DNA of 64,000 nt, taken from Vicugna vicugna (Eukaryota). The stretch covers positions 5,244,976 through 5,308,975 of the forward strand of contig MU058065.1 of the NCBI GenBank assembly GCA_013265495.1, given 5' to 3'. Each line of letters opens with the position of its first letter. The stretch's first letter is position 1. The position numbers were made by a program, and so were the translations under genes. Shown here in pieces: positions 25,113-37,866 of the stretch. The notes under the pieces are model-generated. The model ran no database searches. It worked only from the letters and a program-made list of their open reading frames with translations, and had not been told where the DNA came from.

Positions 25113-25348
25113 GCAGCAAAATGAGGTGTTTAAGAAGCAACACTTCTGAGTCAGAAAAGGCTGGGTTAAACCCAGATTCTTTCACTTACTATGTGATCTT
25201 GAATAAATGGCACCTTGCTAAACTGCAGCTGCTTAAGATGGATACAATAATATTTCCGTCCTTAGGTTGTTACAGGGATTAAATGAGATTAGGTATTTAA
25301 AAATTACTTAGCACAGTGCCTGGCCGACAGTAAAATGTTTAATAAATC
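25113..25348 (+). mobile_element. MIR SINE
   Basis: 'ctgagtcaga...ctgggttaaacccag...cacttactatgtgatcttg...gattaaatgaga...agcacagtgcctggc...aataaa'. Confidence 0.85.
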
Positions 25349-26134
25349 ACCCCTGATCCTCCAATCAAACGTTTCAGAATTCTACTTATTAATGTCACAT
25401 TGTCGCTATTTGACTCTGGAATTCAAAGCCCTGTTTGTATTCACCTCCAAGTCTTGACTGCTCTCATGTTTCAACTCTTACTCCCCATGCTATGAATTGG
25501 CCCCAGCAAGTGGTACCCAGACTCTTCACCGCTGGCTGTGGTGTGCTTCCAGTACTGAAGCCCCATGGCCAAGCTCAGCCCCTTGAAGCAACCAAGTTCC
25601 TTTCTGGGCAGTTTCATGGGCTCAGGCTCAAACCTCTCTCAGCCTTCCCCCTCCTCGCAGCCTGACAGGCATGACCAAGGGACTTGGCCCTTCAGATTTA
25701 CTCATCCTCATTGCAACTGTTGTGAAAACAGTTGGTCTGCTTCCAGAGAACCAACTCTCCCAGGGCTGCTCCATACACACCAGATTGCTAAGCAATTTCT
25801 GATTTTATTTTTGCTATGATTATTTGGATAAATCCTTAGTCACTTAAGTCTAGGGAAGGCTTTTTGCCCTCTTCAGCAAATAGTTTATCTAAACACATCG
25901 ATCAATTTCTGTACGGCAAGCACCAGAGGTAGAGACGCATAAGACACAGTGCCCTTCCGACTAAGAGATGACACCAATCCAGAAGAATCACAGAGATGCC
26001 ACTGCTCCTCATCTCCTCCCATTGTAACTAGCAAGCAATGATGACACCAGTATCCTAAAAAATAACTCTCAAAAGTAGGTAATAAAGATACCACTTTGGT
26101 TGGTTTTAGAATGCTCTTTGGCAATGACATTTGC

Positions 26135-26620
26135 AGAGAACTACAACAATCATAAAATTCAACGAATTTTCACAGCCAGCACCCAGATCAGGAAGTTGAA
26201 CACTGTCAGAACACCAGCTCCCTCTCTCCCATGCTCCCTCTCAACCACTCTCCACCACTGGGAACCACTGACCTGACTTTGAACAGATTCATACAGTAGG
26301 CATTCTTGACTGGCTTCTTCCTTCATCATTAGAATTGTGAGATTCATCCACATGGCTGCATGTAGCTTCCGTTTGTTCATTCTCATTTCTGAATAGTACT
26401 GCTTTGCATGAATATTTTACACTTTATTTATCCATTCTCCCACACGAACATCTCCTTTGTTCCCAGTTTGCAGTATTATGAATAAGGTCACAATAAACTT
26501 CCGAGCACATGTCTTTTTGTTCACCTGTACACTCTTCTCTGTTGAGTTTATACCCAGGATGGAATTGCTAGGTCATATACATATATTCAACTTTAACAGA
26601 CATCTCTAAATGGCTTTTCT
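26135..26620 (-). mobile_element. L1MC/ME-like LINE fragment
   Basis: 'gagattcatccacatggctgcatgtagc...ttcattctcatt...ggaattgctaggtcata'. Confidence 0.75.
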
Positions 26621-27324
26621 CTTCTGTGTGTATTTTTAAAGATGTGGCTACTTTAGAGAAACAGCACTTCCTTTATGGAGGCCTCACTCTGTGGGATCTA
26701 AGAAGCTGATTCTAGGACCTGTACTCATAGCTCCCTTCCCTTTGTTTGCTCTTTGTGCTCAGGGGAGACCTTTTTTATTACCTGCTGGGCAGGTGCACAG
26801 AGCCAGCATCAAACCAAGAGCCCATGCACTGCCCCACCACCCCCCTCCAGAAGGCTGGTAGGAGTCCTCAGAGATGAGAGTACAGTTTGCCCTGGGCTTC
26901 AGGAGCCTCCTGGAGACAAGTGAGCGAGTATTTGATCAGAGAAAAGGAATGGGAGGGGTGGAGTAAAAAGACTCACATCAGGACACCTGGACACAAAATC
27001 CAGGAACGTGCCTTTGAGGCATGGGAACAGCCTGGTACCAAAGAACAAACTGAGAGTGAGCAAGTAGAGGGAGCACGATGGTCAGTGGGAAGGCAGTTGG
27101 GTATACACCTGAGTCTAGGGCAGTCATCCGCCAACAGCTGCCTCACCTCTGTTTTCTGCAGTGTGGTAGTCGGTGGGCGAGCAGCCAACAAGGAAAGGGA
27201 TGCAGCGGACAGTCCTCTAATTTCCAGGCTCACCACTTTCTCAAGGTGATTGCTTAAAAGACCAGACCTGGTGGCTGAGCTGCCAAAACCCTTCTCTACA
27301 TTGTCAAACCTATAAAACATCCAC

Positions 27325-27700
27325 GTCTACTGGTACAATCCATTTGGAAAGCAACATAGCAATAGATAATGATCCATAAGACACTTACATCTTTTAAGGC
27401 AGTAATCCACTTCTGAGAATTTATTATAAGGCTATCATTCAATACAGAAAAAAGAAAACCAAATGTAGTGATCTGTGCATCGTGGGTATATCTACAGTGC
27501 TTTTTGAAAAAAAAGGTCGGGGGGCAACCTAAATGTCCAATAGTAGTGGACAGTGTAGCAGTCTGATTGACACTTATAAAATCATTAAAACTAATTAAAA
27601 GTAAGCTTGTGTGTAAACTTGTTTAAATTAAAGTCTCAGGAGACAAGACTGTGCAGACATTAAGATTACAATGAAATAAACTTGCATCTGGAAGTGAACA
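27325..27700 (+). mobile_element. L1ME-like fragment
   Basis: 'tggtacaatccatttggaaagcaa...cagtaatccacttctgagaatttat...caacctaaatgtccaatagtag'. Confidence 0.65.
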
Positions 27701-27724
27701 CAAACCTAAAAGGAAGAAGGAGAT

Positions 27725-27930
27725 TAGCTAACACTGCATGCTCACTAGCACTGCTGAGAGTTTTATACAAATGAACGCAACCTCACAACAATCCTAGGAG
27801 GTAAGGAGTGTTATGGACTCCATCTTACAGCTAAGGAAACCAAGTCACAAACAGCTAAAGTAAACCGTCCAATTAGTCAGTGACAGAGCTCAAGTATTTA
27901 GACTCCTAGTTCTTAGTACTTAAGCCATTA
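27725..27930 (-). mobile_element. MIR SINE
   Basis: 'cctcacaacaatcctaggaggta...ccatcttacagctaaggaaac'. Confidence 0.7.
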
Positions 27931-28876
27931 CTGTAAAAATATGAGTCATATCAGGAAATGGGACTATTAGATTTTCCCATCTTTGTATGGGAAATCTTTT
28001 CATATCTGTATAACTGGATCTGGTATGATAAACATTTGCTAGGACATTAGATAAGGCATCTGTCATGTCTGGTGCAGAGCTGAAGTCTTCCACAGGCATC
28101 ATTTCACTAGATGTTTGCGAGAATCTTTATGCCATTGGGACTATCACTGTTTATTTTAGAGATCTAAAAATAACAGTTCTATAAGCTAATTAATTATAAA
28201 AACTCTAATGACAAACAAAAGAAAGCAAACTCTACAATCTTCCATAAATCCACACAGGAAGTAGAAACGCCACAGAGAAATTCATCTCAGACAGCAACCG
28301 AGTCAAGGACCTCCTCCCACGAGAAAACCCACCTGTGGGAAGTAGGGACTCGACAATATTACAAAGAATGCCGACCATCAGCTAGAATTTGTCCAAATTG
28401 TAGGGGGAAAAAAGCATAGCACTTAAAACTAAGTAATATCAATTAATGATTTCAAGGACATAAAATGGCCATGTAGAGGGAAAAAGCAATGAATGATTAA
28501 CTGGGAATTTGGAGGTTTTCTTGCAGTCATTGTGAATCAGTGTATAATAATTCCGCTTTAAACTGTTAGCCCAGCACCAAAGGCTCCCTGATCGCTGAAA
28601 ACACGAGCTCCCTGAGGACAGAAACTATGGAAAGATTCTTTGAGGATATAAATGAAAAAAATCCTTTGGTCCTGAAATCAATCTGAGATTGAAGAAACTG
28701 CCTTAGTGCTGGCTCAGCTAGATTTTTCCAGACTTGGAATCTGGGCATTATGTATTAGTCCTGGGGGACATGCTTCACTGAGTCAAAATCATTGAGATAC
28801 ATTTACATGAACATATACACGTTGAGGTAAACACCATGGACACACACACATGTATATATATATATACACACACACA

Positions 28877-29094
28877 CAGTAGACCCTTAAACAACACAGG
28901 TTTGAGCTTACACATGGAATGTTTTCAACAGTAAATACTACCATGCTACACCACCAGCGGCTGGCTGAACTTGCAGACACAGAGGAACCGAGGACATGGA
29001 GGAACCAAGGACACAACACAGAGTTTACCTGTGGATTTTTGACTGCACAGAAGGTCAGCACCCCTAACCCCCCACACAGTTCAAAGGTCAACTG
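28877..29094. mobile_element. Tigger2/MER8-like TcMar MITE
   Basis: Imperfect TIRs 'cagtagacccttaaac' and 'gttcaaaggtcaactg', followed by TA; set in a TA/CA-rich site; 218 bp. Confidence 0.85.
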
Positions 29095-29849
29095 TATATG
29101 TGTACACATATATACATACATAAATAGATAGAGATATAAATAGTTTGTAGATGTTACAGTAGCTGGAGTTAATGAAACACAAAGAGCACCTCCTTCACAT
29201 GGATCGCAGGACCGCCAAGGCTCAGACACTTGTCCATATAACATGAGAGACTTGGGACGTGTCATCACCAGCCTGTGTCTTTGTTTCATTTATAGCGCTC
29301 CAAAGGAAATGAAAAAAAAAAAAGGAATGTTAAACCAAGTCTAAGTTTCTTTTTGCCCGTTCTTGAAACCAAACGTGCCTCCAGCTTCTGCTGTGACACG
29401 AGTCTTTCTCTTTCCCGATCACCATCGTGTCCCCAGCACATAGCACAGTGCCTGGCGCACAGGAGGTGCTCCAGGTTGAATAAACTACTGTCAGGTGAAA
29501 GTAAGAAGGGAAGCCATTGTCCCATCTGCAAGGGACTCACAGGTACATCAGGAAATGAGAACCGAAGTTAAGAAAGGAGACCTGTGCCCAAGTGCTTAGG
29601 ATGGACATCTCATTAACTGGGGGTCTAGCAGAGGGAAGGGTTGTGGAGGAGGCGGCCGGCCCTGGATTGGAGGCAGGGTGAGAGGGTGAAGAGCTCTGGA
29701 TTGTAGAGGTGCTGGCACCCCCACACTGTTTCCAACCAGCTCTGGATACGGCAACTCTCCTGACTTTCTTGAAACACCCAACTGGCATCACCTTGTCAGA
29801 GCAGAGACTGGAGGACACTTACCATCCAAGTGTGTGAGAGCTGAAAAAG

Positions 29850-29990
29850 AGATTATTTCATCCAACTCTCCTATTTTGCAAGAAGAAAACTGAGACTCTG
29901 GGAGTTAAAGTGCTTCTCCCAAGATCATTGGCTATTTCTCCAGGATTCAGAACTAGGAACACTTTCTCGGGAGCACAGCGAGCGCTTTTA
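29850..29990 (-). mobile_element. MIR fragment
   Basis: 'cctattttgcaagaagaaaactgagactctgggagttaaagtgcttctcccaagatca'. Confidence 0.65.
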
Positions 29991-31017
29991 CAACATCTCA
30001 GAGAGAAGAGCGGCACATGTGTCAGGAAAAGATGTCGAGGCACGGCAGAGTCAATGCAACAGACTCGTTACGAGACAGGGAAAGAAAAATGGCAGTCGAT
30101 CTGGTTACTTGGTGTCGACATAGCCCAGAGGCAGTCAGAATATAAAATCCTACAGGCAGACCTGGAATGTATAAATCAGAACAACCAGGTATAATAATTC
30201 GGCTATCAACTGCTAGCCCAAAAGAAAGATATTTCCTTGGGAGGAGAGGAATTGAAAGAAAGCTTTGTTACATGTTGCACTCCAACCTGCTGAAAACATC
30301 AAAATAATCTCATTAAAGAGCAACACACTTACTCAAGACAGACAAAAGGAGTGCCCAGCAGTCTTAAAAATCTACTTAAGGAATTTCACTTAATTCTCCC
30401 CTCAGTAGACTTGGTTTTACGCTTTTTCGTTTTTTTTGTTTTTTTTCAAATTTGCCTGGAGGTTTATACTTACATCACTGTATTTAGAGTAAGGGCCTAT
30501 CCTTGCAAACACTGATTTAAATAAATGCTTCTTCTACAACCTAAAGGGACCAGTTGGTGTCGAATCACACCTTTTTAATTCATCTAGTGACAAACTTTTC
30601 TGAAAACCTCTTAAGGCAGAGGTGACCTGTCTTCTTGTTTTTCCACAAGCAGTAGTTTCTTTTAGACTCGGAGGTGATAAACAAGGTCACTTTTAACACC
30701 ACAGGAACATTTACATAAACCAACAGCAACCAGGGTATGCAATTTTAAAAAATGAATGGTTAATGAGCCTGCCCAATTATATGCACCCCTTCCCAGAGCA
30801 AGTCTTAGTAAATGATAAGTGATAGAGTTTTCCATGGTTGAATCTCTTTTTTTAATTGAGTAAATAACTGAAGGTAAGAATTAAAGCACAAAATCAAAGC
30901 ATAAAAGTAAAGACAATATGTGGGAGAATGGAGGATGGAGGTGTTCAGGAAAGGAGTAGGAAGATTTATTTGTTTGCTTTTTTAAATGTTTGTATCTCCT
31001 TTTTATTTAACCTTGCT

Positions 31018-31047
31018 TGTGTGTATGTGTGTGTGTGTGTGTGTGTG
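31018..31047. repeat. (TG)n microsatellite
   Basis: Seen directly, with one interruption. Confidence 0.9.
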
Positions 31048-31202
31048 CGCACTGCACCCAAAAGAAGCTGTAGTTCAGGACTTGGCATCATGTCTCTTTT
31101 GCCTATGTCCTTGCCCGACACCATCCATATTTATTTCTACCAAGAAACATTCTACCAAGAAAAAAAACGAACTTCTGTCTGGGACTGTCTTGTCCACTAG
31201 CC

Positions 31203-31694
31203 ATGGTAAGTTGCATTACAAGCCCAATTCTTCACTCCTCCTTGTACCCATGATTTGTGTTCAACTATGTGATCAGTCGGCCAATGGAGTGAAACAGACA
31301 TGACTGTGTGCCAGTTCCAAGCCTAAACTGTAAGATGTCTTGCAAGTTTCTGCTTGCCTTCCTGTACCTGGGCTGCCACCACGCAGAAGAACTTGCCCAG
31401 GCCAGCCTGCTCGTCCAAGAGGAGGATGAGGGTTACATGCAGCAGACATACCTGGCCAAGCCCATCTTAGAGCAACCAAGGGAGGCAGCCAGTATCAGCA
31501 GAGCCGCCCAGCCAAGCCCAGCCAAGACAAGCTGACCCATACCTGATCCACAGGGCCCTGAATAATAATAACACTCTAGTAATAAGAACTATTATATTAT
31601 GTACTGCAGCTATAATAATAACATAATAATAGCTTTTAGTTTTATCCCCTGAGTTTTAGGATGGCTTATTACACAGCGATAACCAGAGGATACA
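31203..31694 (+). mobile_element. MaLR LTR (MLT1H-like) with an AAT-rich insertion at about 31560-31635
   Basis: 'ggccaatgga...gtgtgccagttccaagccta...ccaagaggaggatgag...ctgagttttaggatggcttattacacagcgataac...gataca'. Confidence 0.75.
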
Positions 31695-31904
31695 CTAGAT
31701 TTGCTCAGAAAGTCAACAAGCAAAAGATTTCATCCTAACACATTCAGAGTGATAGGGGAGACATTTCTCTGTCAATGTGAATGAAAGCTAGTACTAGCTG
31801 TACCTTCTTGCAGGCATTTTAAGGATCAAATGCCCATAAATTTCTTACTCTAGGAGACCCACACAGCTGAACACAAAGAATTATGCTATGATACCTTGAA
31901 AAAT

Positions 31905-31965
31905 GAAAGTAAGGAAGAAAGAAAAAGAGAAAGAAAGAAGGAAAGAACAAAAGAATGAAAGAAAG

Positions 31966-32027
<62 letters not shown>

Positions 32028-32100
32028 GAAGGAAGGAAGGAAGAAAGGAAGGAAGGAAGAAAAGAAAGAGGAGGGAGGGAGGAAGGGAAGGAGGGACGAA
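31905..32100. repeat. Polypurine (GAAA)n/(GGAA)n compound tandem repeat
   Basis: About 190 bp of almost pure purine with a long perfect GAAA run. Confidence 0.97.
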
Positions 32101-34349
32101 GGCTGGAGAGAAAACGCTCCTCTCTAGAGGGCACTGTATGACTTAAAAGGACACAGGTTAAAGCAGTGACTAAATATACATATTCAGGCAGAAAACTGAG
32201 ACATTTGTTAAAATTGATGGAAGTGACGTATTTTAAATCCAGACAATTCATTTGCATGAGAAGATACAAGTTAAAGAAGTACCTGAATGCCCCCAGTGAA
32301 GTGGTATCTTAGAAACTAGGACAGTGACATCTGCTAAATGAAGCCCAATTTATTCTTTTCTTCCAGCCTTCCGTGGAAGTCTGCTTAAAGGAACAACAGC
32401 TGAGAAACCTCTCATAGGATTCTTCCCCCAGAATTTGAGTAACAACAGACTGAATTCAGCGAATTACTCAGCTATGACGCCCTCCTTGCTCAGGTGTGAC
32501 AGGTCCTCCAGGGACTCTCACACTTTACATTACGCAAATGCAGTCAGGCTGAATCGTTGACTAATTACTAACCTGCCCTGCCCTCCACCTAAGGCCTTAC
32601 CACCCAAATTGCTGATGAGATAACTGTTGGCCAGGTTCACACTACTTCTGCTAAGCGTCTGTCACCTGAACACTTAATTGCCTAGGGAAAGCTCCATCAG
32701 GAAGAGTCATGTGTGCCCCATTTGACAGATGCAAGCACGGGCAGAGACAAGGTCGGACGTGTCTTTATCAATCAGAAATTGGCACCAAGACATCAAGATA
32801 GTCCTTGGGAGAGGTGAGAAGTTTGAAGTTGGGTGTGGCCAGGGGCATCCGGAGCCTAGGATGCAGCCCATGCACACAGACATGCACAGAGCACAATTTA
32901 TTCCTTTCTGGCTGCCACATAGAAGGTATCTTTAATATTCTGCCCAGCCTGGAACTGATTAAAGAAAAAACAAACAAACAAACAGGCTATCCTTCAATCA
33001 GACACTCTATCCATATGCAAACAGAGCTAGGGTACCAGATCCACTTCACATTGTCAACATCTTTTTCCCTCCTCCCATCAAGCATTCTCTATGCAACAAT
33101 CCAGCAACTAAGAGAAACTAGTTGCCACTAATAGCACCCAGATTCCCAGATAGAAAACACAAGCCATAATCCCAGGATGTTTCTCTAGTCTGGCTTGATG
33201 GAAATGTACTGCACGTTGGAGCTGAAAGGAGAGGCAGTGTGTTGTTGACATTGCTGGAGAAAGGGCCTCTGTTCCCCAGGTATTCTCAAGCCATTCGTGG
33301 AGGGAGGCTGGCTCTATCCTAGGCAACACCTCTGTTGCTCTTGGATCTACAGGATTCACTCCTTTTAGTGAACTAACTCTTCTTTTACAAAGTAAGTCCT
33401 CTAACCTCAGGAGAGTAGATAGCGTAGTAGTCATACATGACTTAATGTGAGTGTGATTAGATGATTTCTGTCCAACAGAAAAAGGTTGTTGATGAAAGAA
33501 TGACCATCCAGTTGGGCTGGGGGAAAGGTCAGTTTGGAGATCCAGCCAGTGCGAGGGGTAGGAAGGGACTTCCCAGTACAGACTCCAGACTTCCAGATGC
33601 AACCATGAGGTTGAGCCTGAATGGACTTACATGCTGAAGGTACAAAGGATGGGACTGGGAGAGGAGAGGACAACAAAGTCTGAGAAGGAAGCATGGAATG
33701 GGTGGTGCCGGGGGAGCCACTCACAATGCCTCCATGGTGGGTCTTGGAGCCCAGGTCTCCTCCCAAATGGGAAATGCTGGAATGGTCACGAATGTGCTCA
33801 GCTGGGCAGGTGGGGCTGGAAGCACCCAGAACCCTTGCAGCTGCCTTCATTTAACCTACCTCTGCCATCCAAATATTATTCTCTATGTGTGCCATGCTGT
33901 GAAAAAGGGTAGGAAGCCCTGCTACAGCCAAATGGTGTATCAGAGTGAGTGGTCCTTTAAAAAATCTCAACTTTTTTTCACCAGAGTTAACCACTTCCAG
34001 GTGTTTCCTGAAAATCTGATTAGTTATCCTAGCTCTTGACACTTCCGTTTTTACCCCCATATTCTCATCTATAAAATTAGAGGACCTTATCTAATGGTCT
34101 TGAGGATTTTCTCTGGCTCAAGATCTCCACTTACTTCCTGACCATCACATTCTACCTAACTTCTGCCCACCGTTCATGAACTTGATCCATCCTAGGACCC
34201 AGCTGAAATGCCACTCTCAGTGAGGCCATCAGAGGTGAACTAGTTTAAACCCTTCTGCTATATTGTTCTTCCCCTTTGAAAGGTCTCATCAGATTTGCAA
34301 TTACTTCATTCATTTGTTCATTCAGGCAGTGTTCACTGAAGGAAGGTCT

Positions 34350-34590
34350 ACCCTGTTGGAAGCATGGGTTTAGGAGTTAGACTGATAGATTTAAATCCCA
34401 GTGCCACTGCTTACTCTCTGTGTGACCTTGAACAACTTACTTGGCCTCCCTGTGCCTCACTTCCCTCAGTGATCAAGCAAAACTAATAATCATGTCCACA
34501 TCTCAGGGCTGTTATAAAACCTAAGGGAGTTAATGTTTGTAAAGCACGGTGTTTGCCATAAAGCAAGCACTCAATAAATTAGCAGTGATG
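34350..34590 (+). mobile_element. MIR SINE (flanked by L2 fragments at about 34180-34330 and 34600-34770)
   Basis: 'tttaaatcccagtgccactgcttactctctgtgtgaccttgaacaacttacttggcctccctgtgcctca...gcactcaataaat'. Confidence 0.85.
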
Positions 34591-35805
34591 ATTTTCATGA
34601 TGATTTCCTTACATCGTGCAGTACAATGCATCTACCCAACGTCATTCTCCCGTTAGGCTGTAACTCACTATAGCCTCTTTACCACCTGAATCTCCAGTGC
34701 CTCGCACGTAGCCCAGCATGTAATCACATCACCGAGGTGCAGAACGTTGCTCGAGTGAATTAACGAACACAAGGAGTTTGCTTCGCTTTCAGTCCCATCA
34801 ATTGCTCTCAGTGCTGATTTTCACAGCTAAAATCTTCTGCCTCTTCAGCTTAAACTGAAGCTTGCTTTGTTCTCAGTCTTTGGGGAGAGCAAGAACAAAT
34901 GCACATCTCAGTGTTCACAAGAGAAATATTACCATTTGGGGAAGTCACGTGAATACGTTTCCCCAGACTTCCCTCTCCCAGCTTCCCAGCCTCATTGCCT
35001 CTTAAAGAATAACAGTTTGGGCAGCCAAACATCAATCCCAACAAAAGGGGAAAACTCAGAAATTTATGTATGAGATTTCCAGACGTGGACGACTCTTTTT
35101 TGCTGTTGTTTTGGGTTTTTTGTTGTTGTTGTTGTTGTTTTGCCTAAATGGTGTTGAGAACTATTGGAAAATCATTTGATTTTTGTCTTTGGAAAATCAT
35201 TTGATAATGATCCAACTATCTAGAACCTCTTTATTTTATGCCTGCTAAAAGAAAAGAAAGTTATTACCCAGGAACATTTCCAGACTGCCATAAAAAGAAA
35301 AGCGTTTGCTGCCAAGAACCATCTGCCATAAAACCTCCCCTAACAGCTTCTTACCTTTATGTATCTGTAAAGCACCCTTTTCAAAAATGAGGAAAGGCCA
35401 TCAATCATTTCTTTTAAGTCTAACTGCAAATGTTCAGTACGAAATTAAATATCACAAACTAGGAAATACGGTGTGCGGCACTCGAGAATTAAACACGGGC
35501 ATCTTCGGGAGAGGACAGCAGAGGCAGAGCCAGCGGTGCCCGGTCACCTGGCCCCTCAACATCCACTTCGCCTATAGAAGGGGACGGCGGCAGTGCCGCT
35601 GGCTCTAAAGGGCTTTTATGAGAATCAGATGAGATAAGCGTAGAAAGAACACTTTGAAAAACTAAATGTGGTATGAAAATAAAAGATGTAACCTTTTTTA
35701 ATGAGAGAAAACAAAATAAAAGCTGCATGAGTAATTCTGTGTAGATGTGGCATTCAGAGCTGTCGTAATGATGATGCAATAAAAGAAGGGGATTGGACTC
35801 CAAGT

Positions 35806-35950
35806 CAGTGGTTCCCAAACTGAACCCCTGGGGATCCCTAGTTAATAAAACAGAGGTCCAAATCCCACCATAGACCTACTAAATCAGAATTGCCTATAGG
35901 CCTACGGAATTAGAATTTGCACACTGGGTCTAAGAATCTGTATGTATCAT
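35806..35950. mobile_element. MER5A-like hAT-Charlie fragment
   Basis: 'cagtggttcccaaact...agacctactaaatcagaat...aagaatctgtat'. Confidence 0.7.
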
Positions 35951-36429
35951 GTTTCCCAGGAGAGGCTACCAGAGGGGGAGACTGGGGAAACACTGGGCTG
36001 GACGATGTCTAAGCTCCTGTGCAGCAGAGAAAACCCATTATCTTCTTCGTTATCATCTGCTGCCAGAACTAATGATTCCCGTGTCAAATTCTACTCTGTA
36101 TGTTGCTCTCCTGACCCTACCAGTGCCCATCAATCAGAGGGACAGATTACAGGTTGCCACTGGCACCAAGCATCACCTCCCTTCACGCACAGCAGGGATA
36201 AAGGGAAAGGTACCAGAGGAAACAGGGAAATATGCGTGCCCCTTCCCAGGCTCTGCTTGTACCCATGGAGTGGCCAATGCTGGTTCCAACCTGACTGCGA
36301 GGACCCTGGAAAAGGGGCACTGTGTGTTCTGTTCACTATTTGAAAGATTCAAATGGAAACTGGACTTTATCCAGAATAACTAGGCTCTTGGGTTTCCCAC
36401 CCACCTTCCCTCCTCTCCTCCTTTACTGT

Positions 36430-36975
36430 TTATCTGGGAGGTACTCACTGTGTGCCAGGCCCTGTGCTAAATACTAGGAGTGCCATGCCAAGGTGCAGCT
36501 TGTGGTCTCTGAGGACATCCACAATGATGGTCACCCTGAAATGATGCTATGAAGGAAGTGAACTCAGCTATAGAGCCCATAACAGAGGACTCTGACCCCA
36601 CCTGGAAAACTGACCCACAAGACGTAAAGACGAGGCAGAGGAAACAACTTATACAGAAGTCCTGCTGGACGAAGGCCAAGGTGGCCATCCCAGGGAAGGA
36701 GTGACGATTGGGTGACATGAGGTGACACCAAAGGGGCAGATCGATGCCTGTGGGTCACCCATCTTAACATTTCGGACTTGATCACATGACCAATGGGAAG
36801 GCATTAAAGGGTCAGAAGACATGCAGAGAGGGGAGCTGACCAGAGCACTCTGTCTGCAGGGTGGGGACAAGCAGAGCTCAGGAAATAATTAGGAGACTGT
36901 TGAGGGAGCCCACATAGCTTGGCCATGGTGGTGGCTGTGGAGTTAGGGAGAAGTGGATATTTCAATGGATAAAAT
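36430..36975 (-). mobile_element. L2 fragment
   Basis: 'tactcactgtgtgccaggccctgtgctaa...ggccatggtggtggctgtggagttagggagaagtggat'. Confidence 0.6.
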
Positions 36976-37019
36976 TAACAAGGGATGCATTAAATGTTTA
37001 CTGAGAAACAAAAAAAAAC

Positions 37020-37866
37020 ACGATCATTTATCTGCTGCAGGAGATACATTCCAAGAACCCCAGTGACTGCCTGATACCTCAGATAGTACTGAACCCTATA
37101 CATACTGTTTTTTTTTCCTATACACACATACCTATGATAAAATTTAATTTATAAATTAGACACAGTAAGATATCCACAATAATAACTAATAGCGAAGAAC
37201 AATTATAGCATCTACTGTAATAAAAGTTATTTGAATTTGGCCTTGGTCTTGCTCTTGCAAAATACTGTGTTGTACAAATCTCATGCCTTTTTCATCTTAA
37301 CTAAGCACTTATCACGCATCGGGGCTGTTACTTTTGCAGTTTGAGGTGTAACAGCAAAATTAGCACAAATTTCTTTTCCCTTCCTCACAATGTCATGGGT
37401 GGAAGATTCGTTCTTACCCTAGACCTTTGCAAACTTGGCATATGACTTTTTTTTTCTTTCCTTACGAAGTCAGGAACTTTCACCTTTTCACTAAAAGGAA
37501 GCATTTGGAGGCTTCTCTTTGGCGTATCTGAATTGCCAGCATCACTACTCTTGTGCTTGGAGACATGAGTAGGTAAATTAAGGATGACTTGAACACAAGC
37601 GCTGTGGTACCGAGACAGTCGATCTGACCATTGAGACAGCTACTAAGCGACTAAGAGGGAAGATGCGCTGGACAAAAAGGATGACTCACGTCCTGGGCAG
37701 GATCGAGCAGAAAGGCATGGGATTTCATCACACTACTCAGAATGGCACACAATTTAAAACAAGAGTTGTTTAATTCTGGAGTTTTTCATTTAATATTTTG
37801 GGACAGTGGTTGACCACAGTTAACTGCAACCTCAGAAAGTGAAACCATGGATAAGGGTGACTACTG
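37020..37866 (-). mobile_element. MER44 / Tigger7-derived DNA transposon
   Basis: Right end 'gaaagtgaaaccatggataagggtgactactg' followed by TA is the MER44 TIR; left end 'ggagatacattccaagaaccccagtg...gatagtactgaaccctata' and the interior match MER44. Confidence 0.88.

Noticed and set aside
31886..32269. Lys/Glu/Arg-rich and Phe/Leu/Ser-rich ORFs
   Set aside because: They are translations of the (GAAA)n microsatellite.
33108..34060. Cluster of overlapping ORFs on both strands
   Set aside because: No homology recognised; consistent with chance frames.
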